Assembly: GCA_963796685.1 (NCBI GenBank)
Contig: CAWCMR010000008.1
Location: 672,001-736,000 of the forward strand
Origin: an uncultured delta proteobacterium
GTDB lineage: Bacteria > Myxococcota_A > Polyangia > Fen-1088
Direction of reading: 5' to 3'
DNA length: 64,000 bases
In this document: positions 1 to 9,005 of the stretch, in pieces
How the letters are laid out: the number at the start of each line of letters is the position of its first letter
Position numbering within the stretch: position 1 is the stretch's first letter
The notes under the pieces: generated by a model
Seen by the model: the letters and a program-made list of their open reading frames with translations, nothing else
Database searches by the model: none
Told to the model about the DNA's origin: nothing
Made by a program: the position numbers and the translations under genes

Positions 1-32
1 CTTTCTGCTTCAACTTTCACGGAGATAGGTCC

Positions 33-320
33 ATGTCCACTCTCAGTCTCAGACTTCCCGTATCGCTTCATCGCAAACTGTCCGATCTTGCGGAGAACGA
101 GGGCGTTTCGTTGAACCAGTTGATCAGCTCGGCTGCCGCAGAGAAGGTAGCTGCGTTGATGACCCAGGAGTACCTGTTGAATCGAGCCAACCGCGCATCG
201 CGAGACAAGTTCGACGCCGTTCTAGCGCGGGTTCCAAAGGTGTCCCCGGTTGCAGGTGACGAGATTCCTGCGGCGTACTTGAAGCGCCCACGCAGGAAGG
301 GCGGGCTAACAAGCCGTTGA
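33..320 (+). CDS. Ribbon-helix-helix (HicB-like) antitoxin
   Basis: MSTLSLRLPxSLH...EGVSLNQLI RHH pattern; GGAG RBS; preceded by the stop (26-28) of a cut-off upstream gene, probably its toxin. Confidence 0.75.
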   Translation: MSTLSLRLPVSLHRKLSDLAENEGVSLNQLISSAAAEKVAALMTQEYLLNRANRASRDKFDAVLARVPKVSPVAGDEIPAAYLKRPRRKGGLTSR

Positions 321-376
321 AGCGCTGATGGTCGGCCGCAGACGGCCGCCCACCGCTTAACGGCAAGGCGTTCGGC
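304..376 (+). other. Integron attC-like recombination site
   Basis: GGCTAAC (304-310) ... GTTCGGC (370-376) with inner arms GCCGTTGAAGCG / CGCTTAACGGC and a central hairpin; overlaps the antitoxin stop. Confidence 0.7.
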
Positions 377-437
377 GGACAGGCGCGCCTTCTGGGGGTA
401 TGACGGGATCAGTAGTACACAAGAGCGCGCTCGATTA

Positions 438-1835
438 TCATGCGGAGGTGCTGAGGTTGTAGAAGCCATCGATGTACTCGGCAATGGAGATGTTGGCAGC
501 CTCCCAGCTTTCAAGGTGGTCGAGGTTGTCCATCTCGCGCTTGAGCGTCGAGAAGAAGCTCTCGGCCACGGCGTTGTCCCAGCAGTCGCCCTTGCGGCTC
601 ATGCTGCATTCGATGCCTTCTCTCTCCAGGGCCTTCCTGTAATCGCCGCTGGCGTATGTGCTGCCGCGATCTGAGTGATGAACCAAGCCGTCGGCAGGCT
701 TGCGCTGGCGGATGGCCATATCGCGTGCAGCGAGCGCGAGATGACGGTCGACGTTCCGACTGGTCGCCCAGCCCACGACTCGTCTGGAGAACAGGTCGAT
801 GATGACCGCCAGGTACAGCCACCCCTGCATGGTCCAGATGAACGTGATGTCCGTGACCCACGATGCGTTTGGCTTGACCGCGGTGAAGTCACGCCCCAGC
901 AGGTTCGGTGCGACTGGGAAGTCGTGCTTCGAGTCGGTGGTCTTTCGAAATCGACGACGCGTGATCGCAATCAGCTTGTTTTTCTGCATCAGCCTGGCTA
1001 CGCGCTTGCGGCCAACCTTAGCATCGTCCTCGTTTCCAACGACGATGGCCACGTCATCTGCGTACCGGACCATGAATGCCTGTGACCGAAGTCTGAGCTT
1101 CACTTCCCGAGCAAACCACGTATCCAGGACCTCGTGCAGGTAGATGTTCGCGAGTAGCGGTGAGACGACACCTCCCTGGGGCGTTCCGCCTTCAGGGTGG
1201 TACACGCTGCCGTCCTCTAGAACTCCTGCTTTGAGCCACTTGTCGATTGCTCGACGGAGCACTCCGTCTCGCACCCTTCTGTCGAGAAAGCCTCGGAGAT
1301 GTCCATGGTCGACGGTGTCGAAGTAGCTCTTGATGTCTACCTCAATCACCCAGCCACCGCCCATGTTCATCAGACCCTGCCAAAGCGTTGCCAGCGCTTG
1401 ATGCGCCGACCGGCCCGGTCGGAAGCCATACGAGCAGGCTAGAAAGTCCTGCTCATAAACCGCCTCCAGCACCATCGTGACCGCCCTTTGAAGCACTTTG
1501 TCTTCGAAGGTCGGTATCCCTATGGGGCGGGTCGACTTACCATCCCCCTTCGGGATATGCACCCGTCGAACCGGAGGCGCCTGGTACGTGCCCGACTTGA
1601 ACCGGTCTAGCAGCAACCGCAGATTTCCCTGCAGATTCGCCGCGTACCCGGTCGCATCCTGGCCGTCTACTCCAGTCGCCCCATCCTTTCGGGTCAGCCG
1701 AAACGCTTGGTCTAATAGTTCCAGGTCGATGTGATGGGCAAGCGTCGTGAACACCATGTCCGGTGATTCCTTCGCCAGCTTTGCTATCCGCTGTAGTTTC
1801 GTTGAGACGTTTTCGGGACTCGACGTTCCCTTCAT
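438..1835 (-). CDS. Chimeric ORF: group II intron reverse transcriptase (RT0-5) fused in frame to an IS3-family OrfB DDE integrase
   Basis: RT motifs [29 protein letters not shown], then IS3 motifs [30 protein letters not shown]; both halves truncated. Confidence 0.8.
   Translation of the reverse strand: MKGTSSPENVSTKLQRIAKLAKESPDMVFTTLAHHIDLELLDQAFRLTRKDGATGVDGQDATGYAANLQGNLRLLLDRFKSGTYQAPPVRRVHIPKGDGKSTRPIGIPTFEDKVLQRAVTMVLEAVYEQDFLACSYGFRPGRSAHQALATLWQGLMNMGGGWVIEVDIKSYFDTVDHGHLRGFLDRRVRDGVLRRAIDKWLKAGVLEDGSVYHPEGGTPQGGVVSPLLANIYLHEVLDTWFAREVKLRLRSQAFMVRYADDVAIVVGNEDDAKVGRKRVARLMQKNKLIAITRRRFRKTTDSKHDFPVAPNLLGRDFTAVKPNASWVTDITFIWTMQGWLYLAVIIDLFSRRVVGWATSRNVDRHLALAARDMAIRQRKPADGLVHHSDRGSTYASGDYRKALEREGIECSMSRKGDCWDNAVAESFFSTLKREMDNLDHLESWEAANISIAEYIDGFYNLSTSA
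455..1018 (-). mobile_element. IS3-family transposase internal fragment (rve integrase core)
   Basis: Canonical IS3 OrfB motifs; lacks orfA, the terminal HSSLGY motif and inverted repeats. Confidence 0.8.
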
Positions 1836-2426
1836 CTTTCTCTCCAGCCGTTCCGTAGTTTGGCTCCCCCTTCCCTCCACGGGGTCCCTCGGGTCGGTTC
1901 CCCCGCTTCATCGGTACTACGAGAAAGCTCCGACTTCCTTTCGCCCTTCCCGCCGCGCTTCGTTTCCTTCGCTTGGCGGTACCACTGCGCGCTCATTCGT
2001 TCGCTCCCCATCGTGTCGAGCGCGTCGTGATGGGGCCTGGGCTCTTGGCTTCCGCCGGGTGCCCTTCCCTTGTTGTCAGTGGAGACGACAGGACCTCCCA
2101 GGTTCCTGTGGAACCCCTGTGCATGCGCGCCACGTTCTTCGACCCCGGCGGGACCTCAACGCCTAGCCATTGCGGCATCGCAGGTGCTGACGCCGCTCAG
2201 AAAACCACGGCATCTCCCGCAAGCAGTTTCATTTCGAGGCTCTATCGCGCGGCCCTCATGCTCCCTGTGTACGCTTCGCAGTCGGGGTTACCCCCGAACC
2301 ACGCAACACTCGGTTCCGGCTGGTTGCCAGCCTTTGCCGGGCGGGCTTGTCCCGCCGGGTTCCTTCGCAAGGTTTCAATCATGGTTCTACATGTCATCCT
2401 CCTTGCCCAGGCTTTGCCTGGCGCAC
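1019..2426 (-). mobile_element. Group II intron, 5' portion (3'-truncated)
   Basis: 5' end GTGCG at 2426-2422; domain-I-like GAACCGAGTGTTGCGTGG...GCGAAGCGTACACAG; EBS1 hairpin at 2189-2214; RT ORF; no DV/DVI seen. Confidence 0.85.
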
Positions 2427-2991
2427 TTTCCGCGGAAACGTCCACCGACTCATCGGCGTGCTTGACCTCGCGAGCCCGGTCGAGCGCACGCAGGACCAGA
2501 TCCGCCTCGTCGGGCAGAAGAACAACTTCGAGCTTCACCATGCCGCCCGGCAAGTCCCGCCGCCGCACGTCGCGCTCTGCTGGCAGCGGAGCATTGTCCA
2601 CGTCCAGGGCGCCCCGGTGGCCGCGGCACAACCGTTCGAGCTGGGCCCCGGTCATGTACATGGCCATCTCGAGCAGGTTCGCCTCGTTCTCGGGCGTGGC
2701 CACGCGGGTTAGCGCCCGCGCCTTTGCGTACGAAATCTTTCCGACCTTCAGGGCGCCGTCGATGGCGGGCAGCTTCCCGAGCGCCCTCGCTACGCGCACC
2801 TTTTCGCGCGCGGTGGCCGGGTCGAGACCGATGCGCCAGGACAGCCAATGAGCGCACGACGCAGCCCCCTGCGCCGCCCACCCGCACTCCTCATCGAACC
2901 CGCGAACGCACTCGAGCAGCCGGTGCGTCGCCACGTCGATGTGTATCGCCAAAGTCGCGATCTCGTCACCCAGTTCGTCGACGGTAGACAT
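2427..2991 (-). pseudogene. DUF222 (13E12 repeat/HNH-associated) protein, 5' exon interrupted by the intron
   Basis: GWAAQGAASCAHWLSWRIG...TAREKVRVARALGKLP...GKISYAKARALTRVATPENE; reads into the intron at DVSAE. Confidence 0.75.
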
Positions 2992-2999
2992 GGGTATGA

Positions 3000-3016
3000 C
3001 TATACATTTGTTCAGG
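3000..3016. promoter_or_regulatory. Myxococcus-type LexA (SOS) box
   Basis: CTATACATTTGTTCAGG matches the CTRHAMRYBYGTTCAGS consensus at every position; just upstream of the DUF222 ATG. Confidence 0.7.
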
Positions 3017-3032
3017 TTCAATGGCTAGGCGA

Positions 3033-3068
3033 AGTTGCATGGACCAACGCATGCAACTATGATAGTTG
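3033..3068 (+). promoter_or_regulatory. sigma70-type promoter with overlapping operator palindromes of the TA operon
   Basis: TTGCAT-N17-TATGAT (3035-3063); inverted repeats AGTTGCATG-N8-CATGCAACT and CAACTAT-G-ATAGTTG. Confidence 0.6.
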
Positions 3069-3083
3069 AAGGAGTTGGCCTCC

Positions 3084-3374
3084 ATGACCGAAAGAATCTC
3101 GACTCTTGAAGTGCGGCAGCGCCTTGGCGACATGCTCAACCGTGTTGCCCTGCGCCACGATGAGTTCGTGATCGAGCGAAAAGGCAAGGCTCTCGCGGCG
3201 CTGGTTCCCGTCGAGAAGCTCGATCAAATGCGCCGGATCGCCCGGCGCAATGCTCTCGATTTCCTGGATCAACAGAAGGGCGGCCGGCTATCCGACGGCA
3301 AGGCGGCCGAGCTCGCCCTCGCGGCACAAGCCTGGGCACGCAAGGCCAGTAAGGCCAAGCCTTCGCGAAAGTAA
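3084..3374 (+). CDS. Phd/YefM family antitoxin
   Basis: ISTLEVRQRLGDMLNRV...FVIERKGKALAALVP; AAGGAG RBS. Confidence 0.8.
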   Translation: MTERISTLEVRQRLGDMLNRVALRHDEFVIERKGKALAALVPVEKLDQMRRIARRNALDFLDQQKGGRLSDGKAAELALAAQAWARKASKAKPSRK

Positions 3375-3377
3375 CCC

Positions 3378-3815
3378 GTGCTTCGCGCCGTCCTCGACGC
3401 AAACGTATTCGTCAGTGCAGCGATTCGCCCAGAAGGGCCTCCCGGCCAGATCCTGCGCCGCTTCCTGCGCGATGAGGCGTTCGAGTTGGTCATGTCCCCC
3501 GCAATCGTCACCGAAATCGTGACCGCTCTCGCCTACCCAGCGGTGCGCAGATGCTTGCACGCCCCCATCAACGCCAGCCAGTGGCTCGACAGCATCCTCC
3601 TGCTTGCAGACCTCGTCGAGGAGAGCGCGTTTTCGTCCCAAGTCTCGCAAGCTCCCGACGACGACAAATACCTCCACGCCGCAGTCTCCGGCCGTGCGTC
3701 TGTGATCGTGAGCGGCGACAAGCACCTCTTGGTCCTGGGCGACTTCGAGGGGATCCGCATCGTGCAACCACGGGAGTTCTTGGGGGGGGGCTGGGTGCGA
3801 GGAGTTAGGGGCTAG
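3378..3815 (+). CDS. PIN-domain toxin (VapC-like)
   Basis: RAVLDANVFVSA, PDDDKYL, IVSGDKHLL; C-terminus runs through a G9 tract. Confidence 0.85.
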   Translation: MLRAVLDANVFVSAAIRPEGPPGQILRRFLRDEAFELVMSPAIVTEIVTALAYPAVRRCLHAPINASQWLDSILLLADLVEESAFSSQVSQAPDDDKYLHAAVSGRASVIVSGDKHLLVLGDFEGIRIVQPREFLGGGWVRGVRG

Positions 3816-4759
3816 GACTGGTCGTCGCGGAACGTGAGGTCGAGCCCCCGGGTGGTGCTGTAGGGTGCGCTGACGAAGGTGCCTTCGATGATCCGGTCTG
3901 TACGGCGTAGTCTGTGGAACTGACCAGCGCTGATGGGGACGTGCAGAAAGCTTGCTGTCAGCGGCTCATCACGCATCCGCCGCTCGTGCTCATCCCGGTA
4001 GCACAGGGGAACGACCTCGGTACCGTCGAAGTTTTCCAGGAACTCATCGCGCAGACTGCGGTCGGAGTTGAGAGGACGATTCACGGCGATTACCGTGTCA
4101 CGGATTCGTCGTGTTCGCGCGGCCAAGTCCGCAAGGTAGTTGTCGGCGATTGGCTCGTAGCAAGCGTCGACCCAACCCTGGACGTCGCCTTCGCCCACCA
4201 CTCGGCTGCTTCCCTTTGTGAAGTCGCGCAGCACGCCGATGGCGCGCGCGACGATCTCGGGGTCGTACACGCGGTTGACGGTCTCGTGCTGGTCGATGGC
4301 GTCCACGAGCGTCCGGACTGCCTCGCCACGGCTGCGGTAGTCGCGGGCGGGGCGCTTGTCGGCCAGGACCAGATCGGCGGTGGCGTCGGCGCGGGCAAGC
4401 AAGGGATCAGGCAAAGCGGCACGGATTTTCTCCAGGGCGGTGATCGCGGCCTCGTGGAAGAACGTGCCGGTCAGGCCGGCGAGCAGATCCCGGCCCGCGG
4501 TCAGCGCCAGCATCTCGGAGAAGCTGAGGGTGATCGACAACCGCCGCTTGGGGCCGTCGACCAAGCGCCAGCGCACGCGTTTGCCTTCGGCCTCGGGATA
4601 AATGGGGACACCGGTCTCCGAGAGGACGAGGAAATCACGGTAGATCGTGCGGCGGCTACATCCCAGCTCTGCCGCAGCCTTCTCGACCGACAGCTCTCTT
4701 CTCTCGTCGAGGAGTCGCAACAGACGCTGTTGTCGTGCGAGATAGCCGCTGCGCCTCAC
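3812..4759 (-). pseudogene. Chimera: HTH/WYL-type regulator N-terminus plus Cas3-like C-terminal domain
   Basis: AAAELGCSRRTIYRD HTH and pre-WYL helices, abrupt change near 4280 to VYDPEIV...VQGWVD...FDGTEVVP...PYSTTRGL. Confidence 0.55.
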
Positions 4760-4809
4760 GGTTCCTGATGCTACGCACCTACGGCGAGTGGGTCAATCGC
4801 GCCTTGGCG

Positions 4810-5697
4810 CTACGGCTTCGCGAGCGGAAACACGATGATATACGATCGTTCGCTGCGGCGGATGAGCAGGGCGTCGCCGGCCTTGATGCCGGCCTTGAAT
4901 GTGGCGAACCACGGCTCGACGGCCATGCGTTCGTCGGTCATGATGTATTCGGGCACAAACACGTCTACCTCCAAGTACTGTCCCTTTGCCTTGTCGAACA
5001 GCGCACGGCCGAAGGCGAAGGGCCTGTCCTCCGGCGCGGGATAGAGATCGTTGTGCAAGGCTCCTCCGTACACGGCGACCACGCGTGGCCCTTTGCTGCC
5101 TGCCGGCATCGGGGCCGAGAGCCAGCGGCCCACCTCGCTTTGCAGGCGCTCGCGCGTCAGGGTCAGCATCTTCGCAAAATCGGTTTCGCCGTCTTTGTCC
5201 GTGACCCGGCGGTAGTCCTTGCACGACATGGTCAGGATGTGCGGCGCGATACCCATCGCGCGCGCCCGCTTGAGCAGCGTGACGATCTCGTTCTCCGTCT
5301 CGGGTGGACGCTCGGTGGTGGTCTGAACATCGTCGACGACCTTGCTTTCCCGCTTTCCACAGGCGCCATCGGCCACCCAGGTTTCCACCACCAGATCCGT
5401 TGCCCGCTTGGCGATCACGGGTAGCAGCTCCTCGGTGAAACGCGAAAGCGACGACCGTATCTTCCTCGTTTCGGTGGTTTGGTGGTACTCGCCGAAAGCC
5501 AAGACCCGCGCGGGCGTGGCGAGCACCTTTTCGAGCGCCTGGGCGGCAGTCGCGAAGTGCTCCACCGCCGGGCGCTCCTGCGCGGGCACGGGCACGCCAG
5601 ACGCGGACTTCGCAGCCGATGACGCGGCCGGCGCGACCAGCATCCCGAGGGAGGCCAGGAGAGGTAGTCCGAGCCGGGCCTTGTTGTGTGTCGTCAT
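4810..5697 (-). CDS. Exported protein, ChaN/TIKI/EreA-like fold
   Basis: Signal peptide; VLAFGEYH and VYGGALHN motifs. Confidence 0.5.
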   Translation of the reverse strand: MTTHNKARLGLPLLASLGMLVAPAASSAAKSASGVPVPAQERPAVEHFATAAQALEKVLATPARVLAFGEYHQTTETRKIRSSLSRFTEELLPVIAKRATDLVVETWVADGACGKRESKVVDDVQTTTERPPETENEIVTLLKRARAMGIAPHILTMSCKDYRRVTDKDGETDFAKMLTLTRERLQSEVGRWLSAPMPAGSKGPRVVAVYGGALHNDLYPAPEDRPFAFGRALFDKAKGQYLEVDVFVPEYIMTDERMAVEPWFATFKAGIKAGDALLIRRSERSYIIVFPLAKP

Positions 5698-5964
5698 CGT
5701 GATTTACACCTTGCGCATACGAAACATGGCAAAGATAGCGCGGCATCGCGATGCCGGATTCCGAATTGTCGTCGCGGGGTTTGCGGCCATACTCGAATCT
5801 TGAGCCGCGCAATGGCTGCGTCGGCACTGCGCGTGTGTTAAACAACGGCCCGAATCGACCGCGTCCACACCACGGTGACGCCGCTCATCGAAAGGCCTGC
5901 CGCAGGCTGCATGACGATCTCTCGCTCTCGCACGAACAGACTCCCTACCCAAACTTCTGGAAGA

Positions 5965-7164
5965 ATGCCCTTCTCTGCCCGCGATCTCGTCCAGGACTTC
6001 ACCGACTGTCTGATGGCAGCCATGGAATCGGCGACCGTGGAACGCGGACAGGCGATGATCGCCGACGTATTCTCCGCGGTCACGACCGATGCCAACCTCG
6101 GCCTTGGAAAAGCGGCGAAGAGACGGGCCGATCGCGAGCGCAGCCAGGTGGTGACCGCGCTGACCCGGCAGTTTCTGAACGCGATCGAGGACTGGCAACA
6201 CACCCAGGTGCGCGCCAAGATCGAGCGCGAGCTCGCGCGTGCCTCGGCGACGGCCTCCCGCGACGGCGAGCGAACCTTCCCCTCTTCTTCCGCGTCCGCC
6301 CTCGACGCGACGATGCCTGCGCGCCGACGAACGCGACGGGTACGACCGAATCCGCACTTGCCGCCTCCGCTCGACCCCGAACAGATCAAGCGCGATCAGG
6401 AATTCGCGCGCCTTCGCGCGCTGCTCAAGCCGGTCGACTTGGAACCTGCCGCCCCTGTGCCGATGCCGGTTGTCGTCGCGCCGCCGGCCCAGCCCGCGCG
6501 CCCCGTTTCGCCGGGTGAAGTTCTGCATGTGCTCGAGAAGGAAATTCAAGACGCGGTCCCCAGCCTTGGCACGCTTGGTCCCGAGCGCTGCACCGCCCAG
6601 ATCGCGGCCTGGGCCGGACTGGTGCGCGGTTTGCGCGACCGACTGCCGCCCGACGTCGCGGCCACCATGCGCCCCGCCTTTCGGATTTTCCTGGAACATC
6701 TGACCCAGCTGCGCGTCGAAATGGAAGCGCACGTCGTGGACGCGCTCGAGCCCAATTGGAAATCGCCCGACTGGGACGCCTACGTCGAGGTCAACCGCGC
6801 GCGCGCCGAGCAGCGAAAGCCGGCGCTTTCATCCGACCGGCTGCACATGCACCATCGATCGATGCTTCGCGCGCTCGTCCTTCCCCATCGCAGGAACGTG
6901 CCTGAGCACGCGGTGGCCATCATCGATGCCGCGACCGAGGCCCTGCACCCGGAAGACTCCTTGCTGCAATCGGCGATTCGCAGGCACAGCTCCGTTCGCA
7001 AGTCGCAGACCATGGATACCATCGCGGAGCCCTCGGCGGTGCCCGCCGCGCCAGGTGGGGAGGCCACCGAGAGCGGCCCCGAAGGCCCCACCCAGGCCAC
7101 GCCCAAGACCGATACCCCGAGCGTCCCCGACGAAAACGAATTCGACAGCCTGTGGACCAAGTAG
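5965..7164 (+). CDS. Hypothetical helical protein
   Basis: Long ORF with coding-like composition, coupled to the downstream gene; no family recognised. Confidence 0.6.
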   Translation: MPFSARDLVQDFTDCLMAAMESATVERGQAMIADVFSAVTTDANLGLGKAAKRRADRERSQVVTALTRQFLNAIEDWQHTQVRAKIERELARASATASRDGERTFPSSSASALDATMPARRRTRRVRPNPHLPPPLDPEQIKRDQEFARLRALLKPVDLEPAAPVPMPVVVAPPAQPARPVSPGEVLHVLEKEIQDAVPSLGTLGPERCTAQIAAWAGLVRGLRDRLPPDVAATMRPAFRIFLEHLTQLRVEMEAHVVDALEPNWKSPDWDAYVEVNRARAEQRKPALSSDRLHMHHRSMLRALVLPHRRNVPEHAVAIIDAATEALHPEDSLLQSAIRRHSSVRKSQTMDTIAEPSAVPAAPGGEATESGPEGPTQATPKTDTPSVPDENEFDSLWTK

Positions 7165-7718
7165 CCAAGGTACTGACGGACCGGCCGTGGGCACTCATTG
7201 CCTGGCCGGCCCTGGCCATGACCGCGATAACACTCCTGCGCGCGGTCCTCGGCCAATCGGCCAATCGGCTGGCTATCGTGCCGCGCACGTCGGGCGGACT
7301 CCTGGGCATCGTCACCGCGCCCTTCATGCACGGAGGCGCCACCCACCTGGCTGCCAACCTTCCGCCCTTCGTCATCCTCGGCGCGCTCGTGCTCAGGCAC
7401 GGTCAACGGACTTTCCTCGAGACGACGCTGCTCATCGCTCTGGGCTCTGGAACGCTGCTGTGGCTGCTCGGCCGGAAGGCCGCCCACATGGGCGCCAGCG
7501 GCGTGATCTTCGGCTTCTTCGGCTATCTCATCGCACTGGCCATCTTCGGCCGCAGCGTGACCGACGTGCTCGTCGCCGGGGCCGTGGTGCTGGTCTATGG
7601 ATCGATGCTGGCCGGCATCAAGCCGGTGCGCAACGGGACCTCCTTCGAGGGCCACTTCTTCGGCCTGGTGGCCGGCGTGGCCACCGCTTGGCTCGAACAT
7701 CATCAAACCTTCAAGTAA
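7152..7718 (+). CDS. Rhomboid intramembrane serine protease
   Basis: HGGATHLAAN, GASG, GHFFG motifs. Confidence 0.85.
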   Translation: MDQVAKVLTDRPWALIAWPALAMTAITLLRAVLGQSANRLAIVPRTSGGLLGIVTAPFMHGGATHLAANLPPFVILGALVLRHGQRTFLETTLLIALGSGTLLWLLGRKAAHMGASGVIFGFFGYLIALAIFGRSVTDVLVAGAVVLVYGSMLAGIKPVRNGTSFEGHFFGLVAGVATAWLEHHQTFK

Positions 7719-7793
7719 TTGCGCCACGCCAGTAGCGGGGCAGGCGCTTCCGACTATGCTAGGCACATCGTCTTTCACGCCTGAGCTGACACC

Positions 7794-9005
7794 TTGAGCC
7801 GCACCCTCGGATTCGCCATTCTTTTCGCCATCGTCTGCACCATCATGGCGGGGGTCCACTACTACTTCTGGGCTCGGTTGGTGCGCGATACCCAGATGTC
7901 CGGGCTGGCCCGACAGCTCGCCACCAGCACCGTCGTAGCATTGGCGCTCCTCGTGGTGGCCTCGGTCTCGGTGGGACGCATGATCCCCAGCCTCCGCCGC
8001 GTGCTCGCCTGGCCCGGCTTCATCTGGATGGGCGTCATGCTCTTCCTGATGGTTGCTCTGCTTGCCGCGGACATCGTGCGTCTGTTGGCGACGCTGGCCA
8101 GCCGGTGGCTCGGAGCCGCGAACGCCTTCGACGGCTCTCGTCGCGTTTTCACCGCGCGCGTGCTGGCCGGGGCGGCGCTGGCCAGCGTGGGCGGCGTGAC
8201 GGCAGCGGCCATCCGCGCGACGCGCGGGCGGATCGCGATCAAGCGGGTCGAAGTCGTCTTGCAACGCTTGCCGCCCGGTCTTGACGGAACGCGCATCGTG
8301 CAGATGTGCGACATGCACGTCGGCGGCCTGCTTGGCCGCCAGTTCGTCGAACGCGTCGTCCGCGCCGCCAATGGGCTCGCTCCCGACATCATCGCCGTCG
8401 TCGGCGACCTGGTGGATGGCACGATCGAGCAGTTGCGCCCTGCGCTTGCCTCGCTTGCCGACCTGCGCGCCCGACACGGGGTCTTCTTCGTGACCGGGAA
8501 CCACGAGTACTACACGCACTCGGGCGCTCGCGCGTGGATGGACGAGATCGATCGCATGGGCCTGCGGGTGCTCCGCAACCAGCGCGTCGCCATCGGCAGC
8601 GAGGCAGAGGGATTCGACCTGGCGGGTGTTCCCGACCACGGCGCCTCGCGCTTTCCGGAGGACGGTCCGGCCGAGGACATCGCGGGCGCCCTGGCGGGAC
8701 GCGATCCCTCGCGCGCGGTGGTGCTGCTGGCCCATCAGCCCATCTCCATTCACAAGGCGGCGAGCCTGGGCGTGGACTTGCAGTTGTCCGGGCACACCCA
8801 TGGCGGACAGATTTGGCCTTGGGGCCTTTTGGTGCGATTGCAGCAGCCCTTCATTCGCGGCCTGCACCGGGTCGCGGAATCCCAGATCTACGTGAGCTGC
8901 GGAACAGGTTTCTGGGGTCCGCCCATGCGCCTCGGCGCCCCGGCCGAGATCACCGAGATAGTTTTGCGCTCCGCAAGAAATGGGGCGGGGGTGGCGCCGG
9001 GCTAG
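7794..9005 (+). CDS. Membrane-anchored metallophosphoesterase (YkuE/YaeI-like)
   Basis: DMH, GDLVD, GNHE, LAHQP, GHTHGGQ; N-terminal TM helices. Confidence 0.9.
   Translation: MSRTLGFAILFAIVCTIMAGVHYYFWARLVRDTQMSGLARQLATSTVVALALLVVASVSVGRMIPSLRRVLAWPGFIWMGVMLFLMVALLAADIVRLLATLASRWLGAANAFDGSRRVFTARVLAGAALASVGGVTAAAIRATRGRIAIKRVEVVLQRLPPGLDGTRIVQMCDMHVGGLLGRQFVERVVRAANGLAPDIIAVVGDLVDGTIEQLRPALASLADLRARHGVFFVTGNHEYYTHSGARAWMDEIDRMGLRVLRNQRVAIGSEAEGFDLAGVPDHGASRFPEDGPAEDIAGALAGRDPSRAVVLLAHQPISIHKAASLGVDLQLSGHTHGGQIWPWGLLVRLQQPFIRGLHRVAESQIYVSCGTGFWGPPMRLGAPAEITEIVLRSARNGAGVAPG

Noticed and set aside
438-2426. Retron, DGR or Abi-type RT system
   Set aside because: RT0 motifs and a GTGCG-starting structured RNA identify a group II intron; no msr/msd or TR/VR pair seen
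3782-3790. G9 tract as a phase-variation switch
   Set aside because: It lies after the complete PIN domain, so slippage would barely change the protein; it may be a junction or sequencing artefact
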